From the IMG/VR virus record IMGVR_UViG_3300015370_000013, positions 1 to 64,000 of that record: 64,000 bases of DNA. One strand, given 5' to 3'. Position numbers and translations under genes: made by a program. Source of the stretch: a virus. Under the pieces are notes generated by a model that saw only the letters and a program-made list of their open reading frames with translations, was not told the DNA's origin and did no database searches. Positions 48,505-58,562 of the stretch are shown piece after piece (position 1 is the first letter of the stretch; every line of letters starts with the position of its first letter).

Positions 48505-49146
48505 ATGAAACGCACAATGTTCTACGCCGCAGTCTTCGTCCTTTGCCTTGCTGTGTCCCCCCTGGTTTTTGCACAGGACGCCGCACCCAAGAAGGACGCT
48601 GTGGTTCAGGTCGCCCCCGTCAAGGACGCGGCGGCACCCGCACCTACGCCGATTCCTGCACCCGTAGCCACGATCACCCCCGTCGTTGCTCCCGTTGCTG
48701 AGACAACCCAAACCTGGTGGCAAGCACTGCTGCTCCCCGTTCTCAGTGCGCTGGGCCTCGCGCTCGCCGCGTTCCTGACTGTCGGTCTACGCAAACTGGT
48801 ACAGCTCATCGAGCGGAAATGGAGTATCGATATCCCCAACGCAGTGGAGAACCAAATCTCTATACAGGCGCAGCTGCTACTCGCTTGGGCAGAAGAGAAA
48901 GCAGAGAACCGGCTCTTGAACGGTGATGGTAAACCCACACCGGGTGCGGAGAAGATCACGTCTGTAGTTAACGCTTTGGAAGCCTTCGTCGCAGCACGTG
49001 GTTGGAGTAAAGAATGGCAACGTGATAAGCTGGAGATGTTAGCTGAAGGCATCCTACACATGGAACGTAGCGATAACGCAGGCATCGGGACTACCAGCGG
49101 TGACCGAAAAGTACGTTTGGACGCCGTGGTGAAAAGCGAAAAATGA
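48505..49146 (+). CDS. Secreted/membrane protein, LL-H holin-like C-terminus
   Basis: Signal peptide, Pro linker, TM helix, WAEEKA..GAEK. Confidence 0.45.
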   Translation: MKRTMFYAAVFVLCLAVSPLVFAQDAAPKKDAVVQVAPVKDAAAPAPTPIPAPVATITPVVAPVAETTQTWWQALLLPVLSALGLALAAFLTVGLRKLVQLIERKWSIDIPNAVENQISIQAQLLLAWAEEKAENRLLNGDGKPTPGAEKITSVVNALEAFVAARGWSKEWQRDKLEMLAEGILHMERSDNAGIGTTSGDRKVRLDAVVKSEK

Positions 49147-49451
49147 TCCACACAGCTTCGTACAAACAAGGTGCTCTTCGAGCGCTGGACGACCTCGGGA
49201 TGAATCTGGAGGAGCTACGTGCTCCGTATCCCAGTAAAAATCCGGAGTTACCTGCGGAACGGTTAAGCCGCATGTTACAGAAGTCTGAAGAAACGGACAT
49301 ACCCAGGCACATTGCACCCGATAATAAGGGTAGTTACCGTGAGGACCGACTTGACCGACCGGTTACCTGGAGTGCACCTACGAATATCTCCAACATGTAC
49401 AACGGTCAGCGCGTTCCTGGTCTCATGCTACCGGGGAGTCCTCGAAGCTGA
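49143..49451 (+). CDS. Hypothetical protein
   Basis: Coupled on both sides; YKQGALRALDDLG motif. Confidence 0.65.
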   Translation: MIHTASYKQGALRALDDLGMNLEELRAPYPSKNPELPAERLSRMLQKSEETDIPRHIAPDNKGSYREDRLDRPVTWSAPTNISNMYNGQRVPGLMLPGSPRS

Positions 49452-51217
49452 TGCCCCCCACAACCCTCGGTCTGCTACTACTAAACGACGTCCTACCTGC
49501 AGAATACCAAATCAAAGGATCCATCTCCAAGAAGCAACTTCAGGGGATGATGACCGAACTGGCGCGAACCGATCCTCAGCAGTACGTCAAAACGATCAGC
49601 ACACTCAAACGCGTTGGCGACGCAGTTGCAACAGACGTCGGCATAACTGTAGGGCTGGACGACATCGAACCCGATCGGAAAGTACGTGATGCGATTTTGG
49701 AACCGGCTCTAGCGCGGATAAAGAAAACAACAAATGTAGCTGAGCGAATCAAAATTGTCGAAGCAACACAAAAACTTCTGTTGGAGAGCACCAAGAAACA
49801 TCCGGGACAAATGACCCCCATGGCGTTGAGCGGCGCACGCGGCAACATTGCCGCACTCATGCGCACTGTAACATCACCCGCCGCAGCTCAAGACGAAGCA
49901 GGGCGCACGATACCGTGGCTCATCAGTAAAAGCTACGCCGAGGGGTTGAAACCCGCAGACGCCTGGACGGCACTTACTGAGTCCCGGCGTAACGCGATTG
50001 CCAGTTTCACCTCTGTCGCTGCCCCTGGAGAAATTAACAAGATCATTGTCAACAACATGTCCGACCAAATGATCACCATCCCCGACTGTGGTACCAAGAA
50101 CGGCATCGTTGTAGACGCAGCACATGCAATAGACCGCTACACAGCGGAAACCGGGCAACTGGTCACCCCACAGGACACGCAGAAGAAAACACAGTTTAAA
50201 GTACGCTCCCCTATGACCTGTGAAGCACCGGACGGTATCTGTCAAAAGTGTTACGGACTTAACACCAAAGGTAACAACCCTGCGTTGGGCACAAACGTAG
50301 GTATAATCGCAGCACACGCTATGGGTGAACCCGTAACACAGATGGCTCTGAGTGCTAAACACGGCGGAAGCGTCGCATACGGTGCTAAACCGACGTTGTC
50401 GGGGTTATCTGGTCTCAAACAAATCACTGAAATCCCCCAAGCATTCTTAAACGAGGCGACGTTATCACCTGCACGTGGCACGGTCTCTGCGATTAAAAAA
50501 GCGCCACAGGGTGGTTACTACGTCCATGTTCAAGATCACCAAGAGTATGTCCCACCGAACTTGCGTGTGACTGTTCACCTCGGAGATAAAGTACAGGCTG
50601 GAGATGTTTTGTCTGAAGGGATTCCGAAGCCTGATAAAATCATCAAGTACAAAGGGTTGGGTGCCGGACGTAAATACTTGACCGAGCAGTTGCACGGGAT
50701 TTACCAACGAGAGGGGGTTGACCTGGACCGTCGCCACATCGAGCTTCTCGCCAAGACGGACCTGAATTACATCCGTATAATGGATCGTGACAGTTCCGCT
50801 TTGGGCGTCCTACGTGGAGACATTGTGGACTACAATCAGTTCCGTAAACATCTGGCCAGTACAGCAAAAACAGTTCCGATAGCCGAGGCCCGAGGAAAGA
50901 CGTTGGGGAACAACGTGCTACATCACGTTGCAGGGACCCGAGTTACGGGAGATATGTTGCGTGAATTCACACGGAACAATATTCAAACGGTACCAATCGC
51001 AGCTCGTGCTATACTCCACGAACCTGTGATGAAACCCATCAGCCGCACACCTCTACTGCACCCTGACTTCTTGGCCCGTTTGGCCCACCGCAATCTGAAA
51101 ACCACCCTTTTGGAGGGTGCAGCTTTTGGCGACCAGTCCAATTTACATGGAACCCACCCCATCCCGGCCTTCATCTTTGGTGAGGAGTTTGGCGAGGGGC
51201 CGAACAATCGCTATTAA
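49451..51217 (+). CDS. RNA polymerase beta' C-terminal half
   Basis: SGARGN, SYAEGL, DCGT, VRSPMTC..GICQKCYG, AAHAMGEPVTQMALSAKH (trigger loop), DRRHIE. Confidence 0.9.
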   Translation: MPPTTLGLLLLNDVLPAEYQIKGSISKKQLQGMMTELARTDPQQYVKTISTLKRVGDAVATDVGITVGLDDIEPDRKVRDAILEPALARIKKTTNVAERIKIVEATQKLLLESTKKHPGQMTPMALSGARGNIAALMRTVTSPAAAQDEAGRTIPWLISKSYAEGLKPADAWTALTESRRNAIASFTSVAAPGEINKIIVNNMSDQMITIPDCGTKNGIVVDAAHAIDRYTAETGQLVTPQDTQKKTQFKVRSPMTCEAPDGICQKCYGLNTKGNNPALGTNVGIIAAHAMGEPVTQMALSAKHGGSVAYGAKPTLSGLSGLKQITEIPQAFLNEATLSPARGTVSAIKKAPQGGYYVHVQDHQEYVPPNLRVTVHLGDKVQAGDVLSEGIPKPDKIIKYKGLGAGRKYLTEQLHGIYQREGVDLDRRHIELLAKTDLNYIRIMDRDSSALGVLRGDIVDYNQFRKHLASTAKTVPIAEARGKTLGNNVLHHVAGTRVTGDMLREFTRNNIQTVPIAARAILHEPVMKPISRTPLLHPDFLARLAHRNLKTTLLEGAAFGDQSNLHGTHPIPAFIFGEEFGEGPNNRY

Positions 51218-51239
51218 AAGACTTGGAAATTGAGAATAC

Positions 51240-51268
51240 TTGACATCTAGGTTGATCCCCTGTACTTT
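51240..51268 (+). promoter_or_regulatory. Sigma70-type promoter
   Basis: TTGACA-17nt-TACTTT. Confidence 0.55.
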
Positions 51269-51274
51269 TTAAAA

Positions 51275-51615
51275 GATCGCAGCCTATGCGATAACAGCCC
51301 AGTGCCAAGGAAGCTCTGGTTTTGACCTTAAAAATCAAAACGAAACTGCCTTTTGATTGGGAATTGAGCATTTGTGTTAACTAAGGTTGACATGGTTTCA
51401 GTCTCGAATGGGATATATTTAGAGGGCCTAATCTCCAAGGAGTGCGGTTTGTTCATCGATACGATAAACCTTTCAAGACTAGGGGCAGGTAGCTCCGATG
51501 TTAAGCCGGTGAAGATAGAAGCTCTGACTGATCGAAATTTGGTCAGTGAAACTGATGTCTACGAAGCCGGAACAGTGCTTGGGTAAATTTGTCCAAGTGT
51601 CTGAAACCAGGACAG
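51275..51615 (+). ncRNA. Candidate structured leader/ncRNA upstream of the head cluster
   Basis: Several hairpins plus long-range helix TGGTTTCAG (51393) / CTGAAACCA (51601). Confidence 0.45.
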
Positions 51616-51620
51616 TCGTC

Positions 51621-52937
51621 ATGGCACAAACTAACCTTTTCAAACGCGCCTACGTTCGGGGCATCAATGATGAACTGGTACGCCTCGGAGCCCTCCGTTA
51701 CCCATCGAAGACAGCGGCTGATGAAGTGGCTGATGGTGTTGCCGAAATGATGCCCGTCGATCCGGCAGTGGAACTAGCGCCTGAGGAAGCACCGGCAGGT
51801 ATTGAGGGTGCACCAGGTGCAGGTGTTTCTCCCGACACCGCTGCGGAGGTCGCCGCCACACTGGTCGAGTCGGCACAGCAGCTGATGGCCGAAGCGGGAC
51901 CCCCTGCCATGCCCGGAGGCGAAGTTCCCGTTCAAGCCCCCGAAGAGGCACTGAAAACCTCTGCTGCTGCGGATCTGAATACTCGTGCGAGTATGCAAGC
52001 CGAAGCTGTCATGGTGAAAGCCGCGTCCGAGGTGAAGCGAGCAATGGGATCTACCATCGAGGGCGGAGACAAGGGGAACACCTTGGCCGACGCTATCGCA
52101 GGTGAATCTGTGATGGAAGCTCGGAACAGACCCGCAGGCATGTACAACCTGGGTGTAGGCAATACACAGTACCCGGTAGGTGAGGGCGCAGTGGGTACCG
52201 AACAAGTTCCCGCACCAAACGCCCCCGCTGAGGATGGTACTGGCGCGTCCAGCAACTCCATCATCGAGCAGGCAAAGGCCGGTAGCTGGTTGAATGGCAT
52301 CATCCACAAGCTCGCCATGGGCGCGACCATCGAGGGCGGCGATAAGGGAAACACCCTGACCCAAGCTGCGGGTGTGACCGGCGAAGCCAAGATCGAAGCT
52401 GATCGGCGTCCCGATGGCTACGCCACAAATAGCCTCGGTCAAACCGCGCTACCTGTCACACTCGCCGCTGTGGTGGGTACGGAGCAGGACCACCCAGATA
52501 TGCCCGGTGAAAGGGGCACTGGTGCTTCAAGCAACTCCGTCACCGAGCACACTGACAAAGCGGCGTTCGTCCGATTGTTCAAAAAAACCGCTTCATCCGT
52601 CGCGCACTTCCTACCGGAAGGCATGTCCGACGCACAGAAAATCGCACATGTCCGTCAAATGATGGGTCAGACCACCGCTGAGCGGAACATCTACCTGGGT
52701 TCGCTACACAAGAACGCAGGTACCGGCATCAAGCAAGCCATGGCTCTCATCCAGGCACACAGCAAAGCTGCTGAGGATATGCCCGAAGCCCTGGCCGCTG
52801 CCATGGTGGGCAAGGAAGAGGAGTGTGATAAGGATAAGAAAGACAAGAAGGACGAGAAGGACGAGAAGGAGAAAGAAGCCGGTCTCGACATCCTCGCACG
52901 AATTCGTGAGTTCAACACCACACTAGCACGACGCTAG
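51621..52937 (+). CDS. Putative internal head/scaffold protein with internal duplication
   Basis: Two copies of AMG.TIEGGDKGNTL...VGTEQ...GTGASSNS; many K-x-A. Confidence 0.7.
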   Translation: MAQTNLFKRAYVRGINDELVRLGALRYPSKTAADEVADGVAEMMPVDPAVELAPEEAPAGIEGAPGAGVSPDTAAEVAATLVESAQQLMAEAGPPAMPGGEVPVQAPEEALKTSAAADLNTRASMQAEAVMVKAASEVKRAMGSTIEGGDKGNTLADAIAGESVMEARNRPAGMYNLGVGNTQYPVGEGAVGTEQVPAPNAPAEDGTGASSNSIIEQAKAGSWLNGIIHKLAMGATIEGGDKGNTLTQAAGVTGEAKIEADRRPDGYATNSLGQTALPVTLAAVVGTEQDHPDMPGERGTGASSNSVTEHTDKAAFVRLFKKTASSVAHFLPEGMSDAQKIAHVRQMMGQTTAERNIYLGSLHKNAGTGIKQAMALIQAHSKAAEDMPEALAAAMVGKEEECDKDKKDKKDEKDEKEKEAGLDILARIREFNTTLARR

Positions 52938-53009
52938 CTTCCGCGTTCGGCATCGCAGCCCGCCCCGGTGTCTGGCGGCAACTCGCGCCTACCCGGTAGG
53001 AGATGGCGC

Positions 53010-53240
53010 ATGAGATTGTCTACAGAGATCTTTAAAATCGCAGCCCAAATGATCGAAGACCAACGTCTTCCTCAAACCATGGACGCCACCACGTCTCCCG
53101 ACGAACAGGCCGGTGTTAATCTGGGGAATCCGGGAAGATCCGCGCTTTCTTTACTCGGTAAAGTCCCACGCTTTACCGCCCGAGAACCAGACCCGAAGGT
53201 TGTCCTGCCTTCTGGGGGTGGAGAGGCCGCGGGACAATGA
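53010..53240 (+). CDS. Small hypothetical protein
   Basis: AGGAG RBS; coupled to next ORF. Confidence 0.55.
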   Translation: MRLSTEIFKIAAQMIEDQRLPQTMDATTSPDEQAGVNLGNPGRSALSLLGKVPRFTAREPDPKVVLPSGGGEAAGQ

Positions 53241-53836
53241 ATCTCCAACAGCTAAATACCCCCGCGGGGATGCAGCAACTAGTCGCTGTTACAGGAGGGG
53301 CACGTAGCCCTTACGCCGCGCCGGAGATGCAGAGCGCTACACACTCCGTGCTTAGCAATGCCCTACGTGAAAATCCAGCACTAGCCACCACCACCGTGGT
53401 CATTCGCCCCGGTTTCCCTAACGCGTACTATAACGTGAACAAAAATGAAATCGTGTTGGGGATTGTAGATCCTAACGTACTCGCACATGAACTGGAACAT
53501 GCGGACAGCATGCAGCAGCACGGGTTGTACCGTAAGGTGTTGCAAATCGCACACGGCGTGTCCCAGCTCAACCACCTCGCTGCGCTACCCACTGTGCTTG
53601 CCCTACGCACATTTTTAAAGGATAAAGGACAGCGAGATGATATCCTTAAAACACTAGCCGCGGTCTCGGCAGCAGCTGCAGCCCCCGGACTAATGGAAGA
53701 AGCGAGTGCAAATATAGGTGCAGTACGGAACAGTCCCAATAAACTTGAAGCAATACGTACACTGGGTCCTGGATTTATGGCACATATTGCAAGCGGTATG
53801 TCCCCCAGTTTGATTTACCAGCTCGGGAGAATGTAG
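53237..53836 (+). CDS. HExxH metallopeptidase-like protein
   Basis: NAYY..LAHELEHA...EEASA. Confidence 0.6.
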   Translation: MNLQQLNTPAGMQQLVAVTGGARSPYAAPEMQSATHSVLSNALRENPALATTTVVIRPGFPNAYYNVNKNEIVLGIVDPNVLAHELEHADSMQQHGLYRKVLQIAHGVSQLNHLAALPTVLALRTFLKDKGQRDDILKTLAAVSAAAAAPGLMEEASANIGAVRNSPNKLEAIRTLGPGFMAHIASGMSPSLIYQLGRM

Positions 53837-56320
53837 ATGAGAAAACTAGCCGCACCACTGTCGCCGCGTACCCAGGGCTTCATGCAAGGGCTCCCTACGA
53901 GAGACGAAGAAAAGCAGCTGTTCGAGCAGGGATTATCGCAGATGGCGTATAACGTCCTGACGTCTCGTTTTCCAGACCTACTCCCTGAAGTAATAACCTT
54001 CCGCATTCTGGATACCGACGTGGATAAGGGCGTCGGTGTTGGTGCCTTCGTGGTACAGCACGGAACGGACACGTTGTATATTCCGGTTATCATGTCCGAC
54101 AACCAAATTAAACCACTAGACATGTTTTATCATAAAGCTCTAAACGTGTTCCTGCCCCTCAACAACGACTGGTTAGATGAAGTACAGCAGCTTACCCTCG
54201 ACGAGATGGGCAACGACGTCGATACGCCTAAATCACTACAACGTGATGTAGACACACGCCATGTAATGGTGCCGCCTACAGCGGGGCGTTTTGCATACGC
54301 TGCAGCACGAGGGACAGGCGCACCAGACATCAAAGCTGATCTTCTACAGATGTTAACGCACCTGCAAACCAAAACTGCTGCGTCCGTGGCGCATCTTCCA
54401 ACTTTTCTTCAACGAGCACCTGAAGAGATGCGTACAGCTTTCGCAGATATTCTCCTCAAAAATACAAAACTAGCGTCCAGTGTCAGCCGGATGTACGGAC
54501 TGGATGAACTCTGCGCCGCGTTGCAGAAGACCGCTAGTGCCACATCTTCCACAGGTGGTGGTTTGTGGGTCGCCGACGACACCACTACACCCAAGCGCTT
54601 AAATGAAATCTTCGGAGACCAAGCGCCGGAAGCTTTCCAGGGTGTGCGTCGAGATGGTTTTGCCGCCAAGGATACTCGCAAAACCAACAATGTCGCTGTA
54701 CAGATTCAAACCCCGACGAGCCTGCAAGAACCTGCGGACTCAGGGTTCTACGCGGTATTTACAGACAAGGGACAAATGAAACCCGCGTTCGTGATTTGTG
54801 ACCCTACATCCGTTGATCACCACCAATGCTTTAACTTTACTCTTCGTGGCAAACGCCACACTACAACCCCACGACTTGTCATTTTGAATGACGGCAAATA
54901 CATCCGATGCAGCCGTCTAATAGGAGAAAGACTCGAAGGAAGTGATGCCAAAAAATCAGACCTTTGGGGTAAACTCCTTGAAGGTTCGCGTGGTGATACG
55001 CCCAAGGTCGGTGACCACGGAATCTTCGTGTATAAAGCGGGACAAAGTTTCAAAGGTACGAAACCCTTCACGATTCAAACAGCCAACACGGACAGCGTTG
55101 GAGTGAAGCGGTTTACCTGTGACGTTTACGACCAGACTACCCTCATTCAAGATCCGAAGGGGGTGTTCAAGTCGTTTCACCAACCGTCGCAGACACGGAT
55201 CATGTACATCCCCCAAACGGCACGGTTTATTCGACTGGTTAACCCCAGAGATCAGGAACGCCAAAGTGAGGATGTCCTGCTAAGTGACCCGAAAGCGGTT
55301 GCTGAGCTGTTCCAGGGAGAGATGGTGCGGCGTGCAAAGCCTCTCACCATCAAAAACGCCAGTGGGGGAGAGTTCGTCATCAACAAAACGGAACACCACT
55401 ACGGTGTCGCTAAAACAGCGGAGGCTGTCGCGCGTAGATGGGATATCCCATTCGGTGATGCATTGACCTTAGTAAAACAGGCGGCTATGTACCCGCGCGC
55501 CCACGCCAAAGCGTTTATCCTGGGTGCTCAAGAACGGGACTTCCTGGTTCGAAACTTCAACGCTCGTATGAAATACGCTCAAGGCCCCGCGATGGACCCC
55601 TCGTCCATGATGAATGGTCAGGGTGCTCCGCCACCACCTCCGCCGCCTCCTGGAGGTATGCCGCCCGAGGGTATGCCTCCTGAAATGATGCCACCGCCGC
55701 CGCCGCCACCGCCGTCTCCGCTGGATATGGCTGTAGGTGAGGCGAATACACAGCTGCAGCAGCAAATGGCGGATCTCCAACAGCAACAAATGGCGTTGGA
55801 GAGTCAGGTTCAGACACTACAGATGGTGCAACAGCGGGCGCAGGAACTCGCCATGGGCGGGGGAGAAGCAGCGGCAATGGGCGCACCTCCGATGCCTATG
55901 CCCGGTGCTGGGGGTGGAGGTATGGCTGGCGGTGAGGAAATGATGGGTGGCACTGCAACTATGGCCACGGAGACACCCTCCGCTGCAGAAATTCAAAACC
56001 AGGTGAACCCTCAGTTCCTGGAGCAAGCGGCGGAGCTGAACGACACCGGCGTGTTTGATGCTGCTGCCATCTCCAGCATGTCTCAAGCACCCGCGTTCAA
56101 AGCGATGGTGTTAGATTACGTTCCTGTGCTGGAGCGCAGTCTGGATAACCTGGGGCGCGTCTTACTCACCATGTGGATACAAGAAAGTGAGTTGAAACAA
56201 GCGCTAGGCGAAGAAGAGTATACTGGCCTTGAGGACAGTACACGTAACGTCTTCGAGGGACTCGGTAAACTCATTCTCCAATTAAATCGAAATACCATAG
56301 TCCTGGGGGACCTCAAATGA
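53837..56320 (+). CDS. Large putative head protein with Pro/Met/Gln-rich region
   Basis: 827-aa ORF; many K-x-A. Confidence 0.7.
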   Translation: MRKLAAPLSPRTQGFMQGLPTRDEEKQLFEQGLSQMAYNVLTSRFPDLLPEVITFRILDTDVDKGVGVGAFVVQHGTDTLYIPVIMSDNQIKPLDMFYHKALNVFLPLNNDWLDEVQQLTLDEMGNDVDTPKSLQRDVDTRHVMVPPTAGRFAYAAARGTGAPDIKADLLQMLTHLQTKTAASVAHLPTFLQRAPEEMRTAFADILLKNTKLASSVSRMYGLDELCAALQKTASATSSTGGGLWVADDTTTPKRLNEIFGDQAPEAFQGVRRDGFAAKDTRKTNNVAVQIQTPTSLQEPADSGFYAVFTDKGQMKPAFVICDPTSVDHHQCFNFTLRGKRHTTTPRLVILNDGKYIRCSRLIGERLEGSDAKKSDLWGKLLEGSRGDTPKVGDHGIFVYKAGQSFKGTKPFTIQTANTDSVGVKRFTCDVYDQTTLIQDPKGVFKSFHQPSQTRIMYIPQTARFIRLVNPRDQERQSEDVLLSDPKAVAELFQGEMVRRAKPLTIKNASGGEFVINKTEHHYGVAKTAEAVARRWDIPFGDALTLVKQAAMYPRAHAKAFILGAQERDFLVRNFNARMKYAQGPAMDPSSMMNGQGAPPPPPPPPGGMPPEGMPPEMMPPPPPPPPSPLDMAVGEANTQLQQQMADLQQQQMALESQVQTLQMVQQRAQELAMGGGEAAAMGAPPMPMPGAGGGGMAGGEEMMGGTATMATETPSAAEIQNQVNPQFLEQAAELNDTGVFDAAAISSMSQAPAFKAMVLDYVPVLERSLDNLGRVLLTMWIQESELKQALGEEEYTGLEDSTRNVFEGLGKLILQLNRNTIVLGDLK

Positions 56321-57012
56321 CCCGCGACCCGTATCACCTCATTTACTCGGCGCAGGCGTGCGTTGAGTCCAGTACTGCGCCGCCCGTTGGGTCTCGGATG
56401 GAGGTCCTTGTTCAACACCTATACGGGGCTACAGTAGACCCACACCTACGCTACGCCATCGAGAAATACGAAGATAGTGTGTCTCGTAGCGTGCTTGGTA
56501 GTCTTCTATTAGCCGGTGCCCCATCTGATCTTATCCGGCGCGTCACGGATATCGCTACTGAAATAGTTGAAGCGTACAGAACGTACATCTTTGACACTAC
56601 GGTGTTTCGTGACCAACTGGAAAAGGTTAGCTACGTAAAAGCTATCCGTCAGTATCTCCCCGACGATGAGAGCAGCTTGTTTGAAGCATCTGTAAGTGCG
56701 GGCATGGAGTACCTTACTTGGATGCTTGGACACCAACCGGAAATAACGACCAAAGAAGTATTGCGTGCGCAAATGTTAAGCGCGCATTACCGAAGCGAAA
56801 GCGGTAAAAATGCACCCATCACTTCGGAGGTCTCCAAACAAGCGCGTGTCTGGTCTAAACAAGCGAGTGAAAACGCTATTGCATTGGAGCGTATCGACCC
56901 GTCCAAGAGCACCGACGCCTTCAACCAACTACGTATCGCCCTGACATACCAGGACGAAGTGTGGGATAGTGACGCTATCGATGCTCCAGACCCTAACGAT
57001 TTAGTCAATTGA
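56317..57012 (+). CDS. Hypothetical protein
   Basis: Coupled ORF. Confidence 0.7.
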   Translation: MTRDPYHLIYSAQACVESSTAPPVGSRMEVLVQHLYGATVDPHLRYAIEKYEDSVSRSVLGSLLLAGAPSDLIRRVTDIATEIVEAYRTYIFDTTVFRDQLEKVSYVKAIRQYLPDDESSLFEASVSAGMEYLTWMLGHQPEITTKEVLRAQMLSAHYRSESGKNAPITSEVSKQARVWSKQASENAIALERIDPSKSTDAFNQLRIALTYQDEVWDSDAIDAPDPNDLVN

Positions 57013-57022
57013 GAGGAACACG

Positions 57023-57823
57023 ATGATGTTAACTGATCCTCAACTCCGTAGCTTCACCAACGAAGTAGTGGCGTCACACTTCAAAGACAACACGCCGCTG
57101 ACCGACGGTGTCGTAAAGATTGCGGAGCGTGCAGACCTCAACCCGGAACAGGTGCGGCGGCTCACAGAGTCTGTGAATAACGAGACGTTTCTACGCCGGT
57201 TTCAGAACGCCGAAAAACAAGGTGAAGCAGACCGTGTAGTGACCTTTGAGACCGCGGATGCTGACGCGGCGCTCTCTCGTCTAGTCGACACCGCAAAGAC
57301 GGCGATGTACCAGGGACGTGTTGCACCCAAGGACAGTAACGACTCGGGACCACTCCCACGAACCCACGCTAATACCCCAGCGCCTCTTCCCCCTCCCCGT
57401 AAGGAAGAAGTGAAAGAAGCGCAGCTCGACGGACACATCATCGTTCGCCGTCTGAGGAAGACAGCGGCGAATTTGGCAGCAGCAATGATGGAGCAGCGAG
57501 AAGCGTATACCTCTGGTCTCGTCCAGATGACACACCATCTCGTCCATCACCCGGACCAGTTCGACACTTTCGAAAAAGACGCCTTCTATCACTGGGGCGG
57601 CGACGCATGTCCGCACCTACAACTCTTACGTTCAGCCCTACGGAAACCGCAAGCGACGTACAACCACGCACAGTTCACCAAGGTTGCTCGCGTCGTTGAT
57701 TTGAATACTGTCCCTATGCAGCAACTCCAAGAGCTACACAGGAACACATCCGAAATACGCAGACTTAACGCGGGACAGGAGAAGGTAAAACAGTGGCTGG
57801 ACCAACTGAAAGACTTCCGATAG
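57023..57823 (+). CDS. Putative head protein
   Basis: GAGG RBS; KIA, KTA, KEA, KTA, KVA. Confidence 0.7.
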   Translation: MMLTDPQLRSFTNEVVASHFKDNTPLTDGVVKIAERADLNPEQVRRLTESVNNETFLRRFQNAEKQGEADRVVTFETADADAALSRLVDTAKTAMYQGRVAPKDSNDSGPLPRTHANTPAPLPPPRKEEVKEAQLDGHIIVRRLRKTAANLAAAMMEQREAYTSGLVQMTHHLVHHPDQFDTFEKDAFYHWGGDACPHLQLLRSALRKPQATYNHAQFTKVARVVDLNTVPMQQLQELHRNTSEIRRLNAGQEKVKQWLDQLKDFR

Positions 57824-58560
57824 TATCAAACATAGAGGACGCGGCTACTCGTACTTCAGAACGGTACGATCGTTTTCTCAACGCGTTGTTGTCCGCCAAC
57901 AAGAAGCAACCAGGAGAGCGTGTCGTGACTGCCTCTACAAATTTCACTCGGCTACGAAAAGCTTTACAGGATAAAAACACCGTTAAAACTGCAGCTGTAC
58001 CTACTGCTCCTGTCAAGAGTCTCATGGAGCGTCTACTCGGCAGTAAAGGACTTCTGTTAGGCGGCGCAACGCTCCTGGGTGTTGGTGCCTTAACCGCTCC
58101 GACACTCAACTCCATGGGTGAACGCGTCCGCAAACACTTCTACCCAACCCTTGGTGAACGGATGGGTCTTCCTGGCACAACCGATGACCCATTTATCAAG
58201 AAACTACAGGAGGAGGCGGGTAAAGAACTTGCGACAGGTGGGGGTGAGGCGATCAGGAGTCTAATCAATCGCGGCCTAAAAGTACCGGGTCAACTTACCA
58301 AAGGGTATCAGGGTAGAGGTGTTTTCCAGCAACTCCAACAAGACGACGACGTGCTGTCCCAAGCGGATCCTAGGATGGTGATGGACGCGTACCAAACGAT
58401 GGCTCGGTTCGCCCCCACACTCGCGACAGACCCCAACGCTGTTCGTACATTCCTACGTGAGAGCGCGCTGTACGGCTCCGGTCCCAACGTTATGTCGGTT
58501 CAACAAATTGCAAACGCTGAACGTGCTATCGCAGACGCACAAGAGGGTCCCAGGAGATAA
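57793..58560 (+). CDS. Putative head/ejection protein with hydrophobic Gly-rich helix
   Basis: VKTAA then GLLLGGATLLGVGAL. Confidence 0.65.
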   Translation: MAGPTERLPIVSNIEDAATRTSERYDRFLNALLSANKKQPGERVVTASTNFTRLRKALQDKNTVKTAAVPTAPVKSLMERLLGSKGLLLGGATLLGVGALTAPTLNSMGERVRKHFYPTLGERMGLPGTTDDPFIKKLQEEAGKELATGGGEAIRSLINRGLKVPGQLTKGYQGRGVFQQLQQDDDVLSQADPRMVMDAYQTMARFAPTLATDPNAVRTFLRESALYGSGPNVMSVQQIANAERAIADAQEGPRR

Positions 58561-58562
58561 CC

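Noticed and set aside
39937-51217. Host rpoB/rpoC (bacterial chromosome or prophage flank)
   Set aside because: Highly divergent, differently split, and embedded among phage head genes with no ribosomal protein context.
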